A DNA stretch of 64,000 nt from Neoechinorhynchus agilis (lineage: Eukaryota > Animalia > Acanthocephala): positions 7,666,784-7,730,783 of the forward strand of contig CM121341.1 of the NCBI GenBank assembly GCA_051530055.1. Direction: 5' to 3'. Shown here one piece after another: positions 10,953 to 23,626 of this stretch (its first letter is position 1; each line of letters begins with the position of its first letter). A program made the translations under genes and the position numbers. The notes under the pieces are model-generated. The model saw only the letters and a list, made by a program, of their open reading frames with translations. It made no database searches and was not told where the DNA came from.

Positions 10953-13900
10953 ATGCCACTGCTTGGGAAATACTTGTATATAGAAAAGCGGGATAAGAAT
11001 GGGGAGTTTGTCGTTCAATCAACAAAGGAGCATTTCAACAGTCTACTGGAATGTGAAAGGCGGATAACATTCTACGGCAAGCACATTTGGACTAGTCGTG
11101 GGTGTCCAGATCGCACTATGCCTTACATCGATGCATTAGCAATTGAACGGGATCTAAGGGACCAAGCATTGAAAGCCATACCTAGTGAAGTTTTTCAACG
11201 GTTTATTTTGACTCACGTTCACATGTCACGATTGCGATTGTCGCAGTTACTACCAGAATTCTCAACTATATTCGCTAGTCGATGTCTTATTGGTGAACGT
11301 GTGGCTGTGAGAAACGGTAAACGGAAAAATCCCCCGAGCGGTGTTGTTACTAATGTTCACGAAGTGAAAAATGCCAATGAATCTGAGTATTTTCACGAAG
11401 TTCAACTCGATGGAGAGGAATTAAGAGTGTCTAATTTAAAGAGGATCGATCTTCAGAGACGGGATCGGTGTCCGACTCAAGCATCAATCAAACTGTTCCT
11501 ACAAGCGACCGCATATCGATTTGGCCTTAATATCGGTTCATTATGGTTTGTGATCGATGAAGAAATGCAACGTAAGTTCGGAATTGTATGTGATTTGTTG
11601 GTTCCAGTGTGCAAAGCCAATCCGCCGGGAAACGACGTGAATGAGTCTTTTAAGGAAGTTTTAAGGGTTACTGTGCGCGCATTTGCCCTCTTTTCAGAGG
11701 ATCTGTCACTGGCTGATAATCCCGAATGCTACCGACCTTATCTTGGTGGAGAACACGGACAAAGGACTTTAAGTCAATACTTCTCTGGGTACACGAAGAT
11801 AGCCACGAAACTTGAGTCTTCTGATTCACTAAAAATCTTATTTAATGCGGATTCAATTGGGAATTTTCCTGAGATTCGCGAGCTTAGTTGCTCAGTCCGC
11901 ATTTCATAGATTGCGAACTCCTATCCGCAAGTTCATTACTTAGATTCTAAAAAATATTATTTTATGCGGATTCAATTGGGAATTTTCCTGAGATTCGCGA
12001 GCTTAGTTGCTCAGTCCGAATTTCATAGATTGCGAACTCTTATCCGCAAGTTCATTGTTTAGATTTTTTGGAATTACTCTAAACTTGTATAGTTTTCCCA
12101 CGACTGAAATATTTTTTCATCTAAACTTTTGAATATATATATGAAACATCTTATTGTTTGTTTCTCGCTTTAATTCTTGATAAGGAGAAGTTTTGTCATG
12201 GACGAATTCGGAATTTCCTCCCGTCGAAGTTCGCCTTCGGATCAAGAAAATTACGTCGTTGTAACAAGTAAGGACAAATCGGGAAACCATGTAAAGGGTC
12301 ACGAAGCGAAAAGGACGAATACAAAGAATCGGGAATTACAAATAGTCAATAAAATCAACCGGTCGGAGTCAGTGAACACATTCAAAGATACAGTTGATTT
12401 GCAGGAACGTCTTCAAAAGCTTATGATTGGAATTCAGCAAACTTCTCGTTCTGCTGCTGCTCCACCTTCACCCAGTCCACCACGCGGACCAAAGTACAAA
12501 CCTTCGGATTTTGCGCGTCCTCTAATGGAAGGTGGCATCGATCCTGGCCTCTGTGGGAACATTCTGTTTATAGGCGAGTTTTTCTCGCAATACGAGAAAG
12601 CCCTTTTCAATTATTGGAAGAACGCTGCTCCTACGTATTACAATGGAGATGGTCCAAAGATCAAATCGGTACAGAGTGCCAATCTTCTGAAGTTAGTTGG
12701 TCGCCTAAATCTAGGGACGAACGACCGTCAAAATGATTTAAACGTATTTGTTAAAATCATCAATACATTGTCGTCAGCTCTCATCTCAAACGCACATTTA
12801 ACCTTGCTTCCATTCTCAACATCGCTTCCGAGCATCCAAACTAACATATATTGTGCCCTAGAAATAATTCGACTACTTCGATCTCATCCACGATCATTAC
12901 AAAGCATTGAAACTTTAAATGTAATCGATTGTATTAGTGCGTCAAATGAGCCAGCCTATTTCAAGATAATCTGTAGTCGAAGTTTTGCTAATGTGAGCGT
13001 TGAAATTATTGTGGCTGTCATTGTGGATGTTTGCAACTTGATTTTATCGTCTGAGATGATATCGAATTGGATGACATCCAAAGTAGATTCATTAAGGAAA
13101 AATGTTGCTAGTTTGCAAGATTTAAGGAAACAATTTAAAAATTACATTGCGGAAAAACGAAAGGTTGCAAAGATTGTCAATGAGATAAGAAAGGAAACTG
13201 ATGGAATGAGAACAACTTGTATGGAGAGGCAAACTGCTTTATCACACAAAAGCTCCAATTTGTCCAATATGAGCATTGAAGAGTTGGAAACTAGATTAGG
13301 GCATGAATCCGATTTTTTTAACCCGTGTAATATGATTTTTTTAAATATCGACGACACAATGTGTCGGTTAGAATCTCTCTCTTAAATCGAATCTCGGATT
13401 GGTGCATTTATGTTCAATTGAACGTGACATGGAACGCGAGAAATCCGATTTGAACAGAGAAATTAGGATTGAGCCCATTTATAGCAACGACGAATGCTGT
13501 ATATGGCAATTTAGTGGTCTTCAAGGAGTTGTAATCGAAGAGCGATTGAACATGAAGACCACTGGTCTATATGTTATGGACGACACAACTCGCATGGATG
13601 AATTTTTTACCACACACCCATTTGAGTGTCCTGCTTGGCTTCCGATTGTTCGTAAAAGTTTACAGAAATCGATTGAGTGCACTCAGGTGGAGCCTTTGTT
13701 GGGTATTATTGGTGAAGTATTTGTGAGTGATTGGCGCGATGCTATACGAGATTATCTAAACGGTTTTGTGAACCGTCTTTATGATGGGACTCTTGCGGAG
13801 ATTAAAAACCGGATCGGGTTTATGCGTGACTTGGAGAACACGTTCACTGAAGAAGCATTTCGTCATTGCTGTTATTTGGCTTACTCTTTTGTACTGACCA

Positions 13901-14451
13901 AATTCACATTGCCTAAAAGTGTCTACTCACTTCCTAATGAGTTCAATGAGCTGCTTACGTTCGCTGACTGTCCCTCAAAACTTGCCATGGTAATCGCTTT
14001 AATGGACGCTGGGGTTGATTGGTCAAAGTCAAGCGCGGGATTATCTTGCCAGATTTGTAATAACGACAAGCCCGAACTCGGCTTGATTTTATGCGACCTA
14101 TGCAACCGACCTTTTCACGCTCAATGTGTATCATTTTTGGACTCGGATAAGTTTGAATGTCCAAAATGCCGTCCTATGAACAATCAAGATCCAATTCCTC
14201 GAAAACGAACGGCTACCGTTGGTTGTACCACAAGGCATAAGACAGTTAAGAAGATCTGCGCTGTTTGTCAGGAGGATGCCACGGACGCTATTCAATGTAA
14301 TGGTTGTGAGAAATTGTATCATTTTACGTGCCATAATCCTGCCGTGAGACGGGGATGCGTTGCGAAATTGTGGAGGTGTTCAGGATGCCGAGTTGCAAGG
14401 CACGCGAGATCGTCGCCTGATTACGATTCAAACTCCAATTCACCATCGTGA
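10953..14451 (+). CDS. ACF1/BAZ1-like chromatin factor (WAC, DDT-like, two PHD fingers; no bromodomain seen), multi-exon
   Basis: MPLLGK...IWTSRG...YIDALAIE matches the WAC start; GNILFIGEFFSQY is DDT-like; CQIC...LILCDLCNRPFHAQC and CAVC...CNGCEKLYHFTCH...WRCSGC are PHD fingers. Candidate hairpin introns at 11845-11902, 11938-~12130, 12173-12251 and 13306-13399. Confidence 0.8.
13306..13399 (+). other. Non-canonical hairpin intron (AA...AT, 94 nt) of the BAZ1-like gene
   Basis: AATCCGATTTTTTTAA ... TTAAATCGAATCTCGGAT; the length fixes the frame shift between ORFs 12177 and 13399. Confidence 0.6.
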
Positions 14452-14864
14452 TTTAAATACGAATGTTCGGGAGTGTGCATTTGCGTGGTGTCTCGAAAAT
14501 TTGAAGCTCTCTAAAACATCCAAAGTGCCTTCGTCTGCATATACATATTAAATCTAATCTCGGAGGAATTGTGGTGATTCTAATCCGCCCCCAGTCGGAT
14601 AAAAACGTATTTTATTGCATTGAAACAAGTTTTATCCGATGAGGAGCGCGACAGGGATTATAACCATAACAATTCAAACTGTATCTCATCTTAACACATT
14701 TTCTCTTTCTGTGAACGATCTTATAGAATTTCTTAATTAGTAAAATTAATTTCTTAAAACGCACACTATAAATTCTATGAATGAACGTAGTTTCTTTTTC
14801 TTCAAATGTTATGTTTGTCCGGCAGCTTCCTTGATGGCCACGGCATGGCCGCGGCATTGCCGCA

Positions 14865-15420
14865 TCGGGACGGTCCGATTCCGAAAATGTGAGTTCATAT
14901 TCTCAATATGACTATATCGGTTTCTTGAGTTATTCGTGTCGCAATGTTCAGTTAAAGAATTTCTTAATTAATAAAATTAATTGAAATCTTTAATTGGATT
15001 TAAATTGGTCCATCGGGACAGTCCGATTCCGAAAATGTGAGTTCAAATTCTCGATATGACTATATCGGTTTCTTGAGTTATTCGTGTCGCAATGTTCAGT
15101 TAAAGAATTTCTTAATTAATAAAATTAATTGAAATCTTTAATTGGATTTAAATTGGTCCATCGGGACAGTCCGATTCCGAAAATGTGAGTTCAAATTCTC
15201 GATATGACTATATCGGTTTTTTGAGTTATTCGTGTCACAATGTTCAGTTAAATAATTTTAAAGAATTTCTTAATTACTACCTAATTAAGACTGACGAAGA
15301 TCTTCAATTAGAATTAAATTGGCCCGCCGTAACGGCCCCGATTGCGATAATGTGGGCTCAGATTCTCGGTATGACTATATCGGTTTCTTGAGTTATTCGC
15401 ATCGCAATGTCCATTTAAAC
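14865..15420. repeat. Tandem array, ~149-bp unit, ~3.7 copies
   Basis: ATCGGGAC(A/G)GTCCGATTCCGAAAATGTGAG recurs near 14865, 15012 and 15161, with a diverged fourth copy. Confidence 0.9.
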
Positions 15421-15589
15421 AATTAAAAAAAAATTTCTTTATTACTACTTAAAACATCTAAAAACCTACGAAACCTTGCTCGTAACATTTTGACACAGTC
15501 GGCAAATAGTGATAAACTTTTATTTTAAAAATGCTCGCATTGCTCCGGACTAACGAATTTCTCGTTTGTGGAACTTCTTGTTTCTCTTC

Positions 15590-16330
15590 TCTGCCCATAT
15601 TTAAAGGGGTCCCCAAGGCGCCGTACTTTCCCCTTTCTTTGACATTTTTCAAAATGACCTATATCCCCTCACTATATCTACCAAATATTTTCTGTATGCA
15701 GATGACCTCACAGTCATTACCATCGCATCTCCCTCTCTCCCCACAACCATGGACGAGCTCAACCATCTCATTTCCTCGCTCTCCACCCTAAACCACTCCC
15801 TAAATTTATACAAATCTTTTGAGCTTGTCCCCCACATTTCCAGACGCAATCTTATCCCCACGCCTCTCCCTCTCCCCATCCAACGCTGCTCTTCTCTCCA
15901 AATACTGGGCGTGATTTTAAAAGAAAACCATAAATGGGATGCCCACCTTTCATTTACCCTCTCAAAAACAAACCCTCGTCTTTATCTTCTCAAACTCCTC
16001 CGGCGTCTCGGCGTATCCCCTAAACACCTTGCCCACTTTTATCCTTCTGCCATACTCCCTTTCCTTACACTTTCCCCACTTTTCTCACCGCCAATGCTCT
16101 CCATTCCCTCGAAAGCTTCCACAAGAGAGCAGCGAGAATATGCGGGACTTCACTTTCTCCCCTCGACGCCCACCTCCACCCCATTCTCTCCAAAAACGCC
16201 CTCCGTCTTCTTCAAACCCCTCCACCCCGGAACCCCAACCTTTATCATACCCCCTCGCTCGTACCACCCTCTACCAAAAATCTTTCCTTCCCCAAACCCA
16301 ATCTTTCCTTAACAACCGGGGAACAAGGAA
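15590..16330 (+). mobile_element. Frameshifted CR1/L2-type LINE reverse transcriptase 3' remnant
   Basis: GVP(Q)G motif, TATGCAGATGAC (YADD), ILGVILKENHKWDAHL and RLYLLKLLRRLG. Confidence 0.85.
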
Positions 16331-16599
16331 AGACTCCCAATCGGTCATCTCCTTTACTTCAAAGACAAGTCCCACCTCCCTTGCCTTCAACATCCGACAT
16401 CCAGAACACTTCAGCAAAGATAGATGCTGGCAAGTATATGGATCGTTATTCTTAATTAATAAAACGTGTATACATATTCCTGATTAAAACTTACAAGCAA
16501 TAGAGGTTTTTTACAATTATTAAAGAACACTAGACGATTTAGATACCGATACCGCTACTACCGACGACACCGATGCCGTCTCCTCGCTTCGCTCCGAAC

Positions 16600-17925
16600 A
16601 TGGATGCTAGACAACAATATGAAGACGGAAACCTGCCCGCCCAAAACGAGCTGCCTGTGTCATCTGGGGGATTGGGCGTTCGGGCGCTAGTAGACCTTGC
16701 CAGACTTTCTTGGATCGTATGAGGGGAGTCAACCGATAGCGAAGATAATTCTAAGGGCAAAGTTTTGTCTTGACCGGGATTTCGTGGTGGCGGTTGAGGA
16801 ATGGTGCCAGCAGACAGGCGCTGACCATATTCCCGTGAATGGCCTCAGACAGTCGATCTGGGACGGACCTCTCGTCGCGAGAGCTCACAGCTCTCTACTT
16901 TCAGGTTCTCGCGATGGGGTCGTCCGAGCTAGACCGTTGGCAGTTTCGACACGAGAATCGGGGGCGTGTTTGGAGGCTGTTCCTCTGGCATCTTTGGGAA
17001 CTCTTCTCACTGATGAGGTAACGAGGATCGCAGTGTCCTTAAGACTTGGTCTCTTGATATGCACGCTTCATCGCTGTCGATGTGGGTCTTTGGTTGATGC
17101 TTTCGGGCGACACGGTCTCGTCTGCAGAAGGTCAGGAGGAAGGTTCTCACGCCATTCTGAAATCAATAACGCAATTTCTCGGGCATTAAGAACGGCGAAC
17201 TTCCCCAACATCTTGGAACCCGCTCTTCTTTGTCGACTAGACGGCCGTCAACCTGACGGAATTTCGGTCTTCCCGTGGCGGCAAGGCAAAACAGTACATT
17301 GAACCTTCATTATTGCCTTTAAATCGTCTGATGGCAATTTAAAGACTTTAATAAGGTCGCAGATATCAGAACTTGTGGTTCCATTGACTTTGAAATCCAT
17401 TTGCTTCAATGTCTTGTGGGTAATCGATATCCTGCATTCGTAAAATTCAAAAGTACTGAACATTAAATTAACATCAAAAGGTAGAACCTCATCAACGTCA
17501 TCATGGAACATCTCAGTGTACGAAATTGAATCCGGTATTTAAAATTGCAATAATTTGAAACAATTCCATAATTGCGATCAAAACGTAGAGATTTTTTCCG
17601 ATTAGCCTAACGATTCATGTAGATGAGTTGTAGGATCACTTCCATTCTTGGACCGTTTGAAAAGGTTGCCGGGACGCCACGAGTGTGGACACCCTCGCGC
17701 AGTAAGCAACATTCCGTAATCTCTTGAAATCGCTGGAGGTGCAGCGGAAAGGAGGAAGGTACGAAAATATAGGGATTTAGCAAAGGTCCACTATTTTGTC
17801 CCCTTCGAAGTAGAGACGTATGGAGCGCATGGCAGCTCGGCACTCTGCTCCAGGATTGTATCTCGTTTGCAGTACAACGAGGCAATGCTGCTAGCGTGAT
17901 AGCGAAAGCCGAGGAAGGAGAAAAG
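16600..17925 (+). mobile_element. Degenerate RLE-type (CRE/NeSL-like) non-LTR retrotransposon 3' part, interrupted by a 372-bp insertion at 17288-17659
   Basis: LPVSSGGLGVR; CRCG...GRHGLVC...RHSEIN zinc knuckle; PDG..PWRQGK; DATSVDTLA; KYRDL...FVPFEVETYG; (V)QRGNAA. Confidence 0.85.
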
Positions 17926-18594
17926 CTCCAATTTTGCGGACGGTGGTGATTGCACGTTTTGTGCTTCATTATTGTAAAACCTAGAAAAGTAAAAAAAGTA
18001 AAAAAAATTAGAATCCTGTTTTAAAAATCTCTCGTTCTCGAACCAGGATAGCATGAACATTGGTTATCAAGAGACTATTCTCCTTCTAAGGATGAAGAAG
18101 GCTCTGTTCGAAAACGGGAGATATCCTCTGGACCAATTTATTGGCAAGTATTCCACCCGATAGCTAACTTTAGATTCTCCTCCTTTGACGTTTATAAAGC
18201 AAATAAACGCTTTTAATCATGTAGATAAAAGGTAATAAATCCGATTTGATTCCTAACCACCAAATATAAAAATGGAGAAGTCAAGTCCTAAAAACAACGA
18301 CTCGAAACTACAACCTTAGGCCACGAAATGCGAGAGGGCAGGTTCTAAAAAACAATGTATCAAAACTACAACTTTAAACCACGAAATTCGAGAGGGCAGG
18401 TTCTAAAAAACAATGAGTCAAAACTGTAACCTTAAACCACCAAATATAAAAATGCGCATAGCCAAGTCCTAAAACATTTCTACATTAGTTGACGACTACT
18501 CAAATAACGGTTTCAACCACCAAATATAAAAACGCACAAATCCAAGTCCTAAAACATTTCTACATTAGTTGACTACTCAAATAACGGTTAAGTT

Positions 18595-20191
18595 ATGTTA
18601 ACAATCTTTCTGTTTCTTTTCTCCGTGCCCATTGCCTATAATCTACCGAAAAGCGGAAATTTATCTGTTCATTCGAGCAATTCTTCATTATCAGCATCAA
18701 CTCCATCATCACTGGTTAACGTCGAGAAACGGCCCGATAGTTGGTATCTTCACCGATCTGCATATAATATCGAAAGGGTTTGGAACGAGGGTTATACTGG
18801 AAAAGGTGTCGTTGTGGGTATAATCGATTATGGTATCGAACAAGATCATCCTGATTTAAAGGATCGCGTCTTGGCGACACTGCCCAACTCGAGCGTTTTT
18901 ACTGAGCATGGCAATGGCTGTGCCGGAATTATAGCTGGGAAGCCGGACAACAACATTTGCGGCGTGGGTATAGCCTATGATTCCAAAATTATCAGCTTAA
19001 ACGAACATCCATCATTTGGTCTTTTTTATGATCGAAATAAGCCCCTCGAAGGAACCTTCGGCTTAAAAGAGCAGCGATGCATAATCTTTCTTGGACTTAT
19101 ATTCCTTAGCTTAATATCGCTAAATAATGCAACGCTGCACAATAAATTCAACGATTGATATTTATAGCATGTCCCGTGGCGCTCCGGATGACGGTCGCTC
19201 GGTTGGGGAAATACATGAGTATGAACATCGGATATTTGCTAATAATGCCCGGTTAGGGCGTAATGGATTAGGATCTTCCCTTGTTATTGCCTCTGGTAAT
19301 GGTGGTAATTTGTTTGATAATTGTGCCGCCGATGAACGAGTGAATTCCCATTACGCGATTGCAGTGGCTGCTATTCTAAGAAACCATTCATCGCCGTTTT
19401 ACGCTGAAAAATGTGCCGCCATCATGACAAGTGGATATACCAGCGATGGCTCTTCAAATCGGATAATAACTGCTGGTCTAAATGGTACGTGTCGAGATTT
19501 TGATGGAACATCAACCGTCGCTCCAATGGTAGCAGCCATTATTGCACTTGGACTTGAAGCAAATCCCCATCTCGACTACAGACAAATCCAGTATTTGGTA
19601 GTTATGTCGTCCTTTAGGCATGATAACATGACATCTTATTGGCCTACGGATGAACACTGGCGGAAAAATGGAGCTGGTTATTGGGTAAGTAGATATTTTG
19701 GGTTTGGAATTCTTGATCCCAAATCTTTTGTGGATAACGCCATTGCGATGAAAGGCCGTAAACTGCCAAAATCTAATATCTGTGAAGTTTACATAACCGC
19801 CTCCACTTGGCTGCGAGAAGATTCTATGGAAAGTTTCCGAGTTTATACCGATGCCTGCAAATCATCATCGTCTGCGATCACCAGTTTGGAACATGTAATT
19901 CTAAATGTTACAATCAAACCTTCTATGTTTCCTGGACAAAGAGGAAAACTGAGAATTGTGCTTGTGTCTCCTACCAATAACAGTGTGGAAATGTTGGATA
20001 TTCGGCCTTTTGACACTGATAGACGTAAAGGATTTAAGAATTGGCAGTTTACGTCGGTGCTCAATTGGTTCGAAGATCCGAGAGGTTATTGGGAAGTACA
20101 AGTATTTAATTCCGATCAATATGGCTCATTCGAAGTGCATAAGATAGATATGATGTTGATCGGTGTCAATGGAAATCCTTTAAAAACATGA
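18595..20191 (+). CDS. Furin/PC-family proprotein convertase with S8 catalytic and P domains; exons 18595-19067 and ~19144-20191
   Basis: Signal peptide; IIDYG (Asp), EHGNGCAG (His), ASGNGG (oxyanion Asn), DGTSTVAP (Ser); FGFGILD; P-domain EHV, L.SP and W.F motifs. Confidence 0.9.
19068..19143 (+). other. Non-canonical hairpin intron (AG...AT, 76 nt; alternative AG...AC ending at 19140) of the convertase
   Basis: AGAGCAGCGATGCATAAT ... ATAATGCAACGCTGCACAAT; removal gives GLK|NSTIDIYS, matching furin GLNPNHIHIYS. Confidence 0.7.
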
Positions 20192-20959
20192 AATATAATA
20201 TGTGGGTGTGTTTTAAGACTTTACGGAGATTACGTTTTGGCAACGAATTTTTCTAAAATTCCTTATTCGAATTAATATCCGAATGCTAAATCCGATAATT
20301 GTGTGCTTTAATTTTAACGAAAAATTAATGGGAGTATTAAGTCCATTCTGAATTAAAAGCGATATTACCATTTTCTACATCCATTATTCCATGATTGACA
20401 ATATAAAAACAGGGATAGAGAAATACTCACTGTATAAATGATTTTTGTAAGTCATAATTATACATCTTCTTGACACATTAACATGATCGGTTCCTATATT
20501 GAAAAAAAACTTATTTTCACTTTATTCACCAATAAAGAGTCTTAATGGTGATGCTCTTGACAATTTATCACAGGAATGCAAAACTTTCAGAACTTGTAAA
20601 TAAATCAAAACTCCACAAACCCACAATAAAATTAAAGTCTACGGAGCTTACCTAATTATTGATTAAAGAATCATTCTTTAATCTCTTTACACGGGCCTAA
20701 AATGTTTCCCTCTAACGAAAAAACTCTTTATTTCGAAGTTCCAATAACGATTAGAAGCATTTTTGGAACTTCAGTATATATAAATAATCGAAAAATTAGT
20801 AAAAAAATTCAAAATGATTTACCTTTTTTGAAATGTTTGAGGATTGCATTATTCATGTTTTTATATGGCGGAAAATTTGAAGTAATTTATAGAATCCGAT
20901 ATTTCAGCAAATTTGTATGCCTTCATCAAGGTCCAAAATACACACCTAAAAAGATGGAT

Positions 20960-21200
20960 ATTCACTCTCCTCTTAAGTTAGGCTTGAATTCTACCTCACT
21001 TCCTTCTATTGTTTCAACCTGACCAAAATCCAATCCGAACTAACTTCGAGCCAAAATGGTGGCGTCGTCGTCGATGTTCAGTAAGTGGCCTTGTTGGGTA
21101 AAATGGTTGAGTATGGCAGAACTGGCACCGGTTCCTCTCATCAGAACATATTTATGTTTCTTTATTCTTCTTTATTCGGTGCATGGAATTCTTTAAACAC
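20960..21200 (-). mobile_element. Penelope-like GIY-YIG endonuclease remnant
   Basis: Degenerate KGV*RIPC...KYV followed by SAILNHFTQQGHLL...ILA...E.KPNL. Confidence 0.55.
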
Positions 21201-21625
21201 CTTTACTTCCATGTTCATCTCGTTTCTTAATCATCGAGCTTAATGGTTTAGCTTTCCTGGTATAGATAAAAAAAATTAAGGTCTTGAGACGCAGGTTCTT
21301 TTATCAGACCGTTCATTCCAGTGAAAAACTCTTCGTTGAAGAATGATGTCCTCATGAATGCTTACCGTTTCGACTCCTGGAAAAACATCTTCCTTCCTTA
21401 GAAGACTCTTGCAAACTCTTCTCCGTTGTTCTTAAAGTCACATCATCCGGCAGTTTTTCAATTCCCTCTATGATCAACACCCTTAAAGTGCCCAAAGTTC
21501 CCGTCACATTAACAACTGGTCATTGCTGATGTGAAGGCCGATCATCTATGCGGTGAGCGGCCTTGGGTATCGGGTCTTAAAACTTTACGCTACGCCCATG
21601 ATTCACAACACTAACGGGGAAATCT

Positions 21626-21750
21626 CATAAAAAAGCTCTAGAAGCTCTTGACCAAACATTGCAAGATCTGCGTTCCAATAAATCCTTGATGGGAAGATCA
21701 GTTGGCGTGTTAGCTGGTGACTGTCGGTAGACAGTTATCGTTATTCCAAG
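21626..21750 (+). mobile_element. Helitron PIF1-type helicase fragment
   Basis: HKKALEALDQTLQDLRSNKSLMG...VLAGDCR*T..IPR matches the Helitron helicase motif HKxALEALDRTLQDLR...LAGDFRQ. Confidence 0.75.
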
Positions 21751-22560
21751 ATGAACGCCCACTTGGCGAAGCTCATTCGACAAATCATACGGACGGGCCG
21801 AATACCGGACGAGTGGAGACGAAGCATTCTGATTTTGAAGCAGAAAGCCGATATTCAGTCATGTACCAATTATCGAGCGATCGAACTAATATGCCACACA
21901 CTGAAAGTGTTCGAAAGGAACATCGATAAGCGGATAAGAAGCGAGACAACCATTCGGGACGACCAGAATGCCCGGAGGAGCTGGGCTATTCTCGCAATGC
22001 AACAGCTATTCGAGAAATGCCACGATAAGCAAAAGAAGCTCCATTGCGTTTTTGTGGATCTCGAAAAAGCGTTCGACACGGTACCGAGGCGATTGGTTTG
22101 GTCGTGTTTGAGGAGAAAGCTGTGTCCTGAACAGTATGTTCAGGCGATAAATGATAGGAGGGAAACATCCGAACGCTTGTTGGGGAAACTGAGTCTTTCC
22201 AAGTAAATGTTGGTTTGCACTTCTCTTAGTCGTTAATTGTTTGTACTTGTACTGAACGAGATAATCAGTAGCGTGAGCAGAGGACTCAATTGAAACATAA
22301 TGTTCGTGGACGAACGAGGATCTCGAGAAATGGAGAGAGTCGCTCGAAGATAATGTGGCCCAATGATTTGATGGGAAAAGACAGTTTATGTGGGGCCCGA
22401 TGATGTCAGTCTGCAGCGAAGAGCCCTAAATCGTCAAAACAACTTCCGCTATTTGGGTCCATACTTAATTCTGCGAGCGATATGAGTGCAGACGTAAAGG
22501 CTGGAATTCAAAGCGGTTGCTTGAAACCGAAGAGGCTGACCGGCGTAATTTGCGACACTC
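21751..22560 (+). mobile_element. RTE-clade LINE reverse transcriptase remnant
   Basis: IPDEWRRS...NYRAIELICHTLKVFER...LHCVFVDLEKAFDTVPR; decays downstream. Confidence 0.85.
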
Positions 22561-22849
22561 AAATCCCATTTGCGAAATAGTTTTCGCTTCCATATCAACA
22601 CTAAATAATTGATTTCAGTAATTTTTCGAGATCCTAACCAACGGGAACAAGTGGATGAGGCGAAGACGACCCATGAAGCCTTGGACGGACTATCTCGTGC
22701 GAAATCAGTTACCGCGTGAGGATTAGGAAGAAGCTTAAGAAAGTGTGTGGATTAGCAGCGATTTGAAATGCTTGAAAAATACGGAAGAAGGCACTGGTCC
22801 ATGCAGAAGGGAAAAGTCGAGCGAGAAAGCGAGATTCATTTGAGTTCAT

Positions 22850-23250
22850 TACAATTCTTCAAAAATGAGAAACCTCCTCTCTCACATTGCGAAGAAATCG
22901 AGTTCGGTGAATCTCATGCCGTACTACTCGGCGGGAGTGAATTTGAACAGCGTTTTCAAGTCGAATTCGGAGCAACTCAAGGAAAATGATTGCGTGGTCT
23001 ACTCTGCCGCCTGCAAGGACATTGGACAAACGAAGCAGGATATTTGGGAAAGAGATCATAAATACGAACTCCAAAGGGAGTGACGTGTCTTCGGCGATTT
23101 TCAACCAAGCCGTGCAAATCGACTTCCAGAGGGACGAAGGTGAAAATGGTGGCGAACGGGCTCCAAAGAAGACTGATCAATGGAACTCTTCTCATCAACG
23201 CGGAGAGGACAATGAAAAAGAACAAGAACAACTTCGTTGTTGTTTTTCCG
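22850..23250 (+). mobile_element. Degenerate Penelope-like GIY-YIG remnant
   Basis: DCVVYSAACKDIGQTKQDIWER resembles VVY.I.C..YIGQT.R.L..R. Confidence 0.45.
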
Positions 23251-23489
23251 GCAAATCACCTCCGTGGATCAGTAGCGCATGGGGTGAAGCGTCACCTCGG
23301 AAATTGATGGTCCAACGTCCAGGGATCAAATGAACTCTCCTTCGACATGTGATTTTAGATGCTTGATAATGAGGTTGAGGCCTCGAAAATTCGCATGTAA
23401 ATCTCGAGGAGGAAAAACTCATCGTATAGAGAAACTGGGAACGAACTGTTCATCCATTTCATTCCAATTAAATAAAAAAATCAAGAATC

Positions 23490-23626
23490 AATATCGGCTG
23501 AGGCAAAAAACGGTTCCAGTTATCGTTCAGAAGAAAATCAACATTATGAGTGTTTAAAAACTCATAATAAGGACTAAGGAATTCTGCTGCCCTCATAAGA
23601 TGATCTCCCAATTCCGAATAACTCAT
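23490..23626 (-). pseudogene. METTL25/RRNAD1-like N-terminal fragment; continuation not found
   Basis: EFLSPYYEFLNTHNVDFLLNDNWNRFLP resembles the METTL25-family N-terminus; it is followed by MITE and Penelope debris. Confidence 0.35.

Noticed and set aside
19033-19062. Small CGAAGG/CCTTCG hairpin and a possible ~23-nt GT-AG mini-intron upstream in the convertase
   Set aside because: The longer stem at 19068-19143 alone restores frame and matches furin spacing; the mini-intron does not fix the frame.
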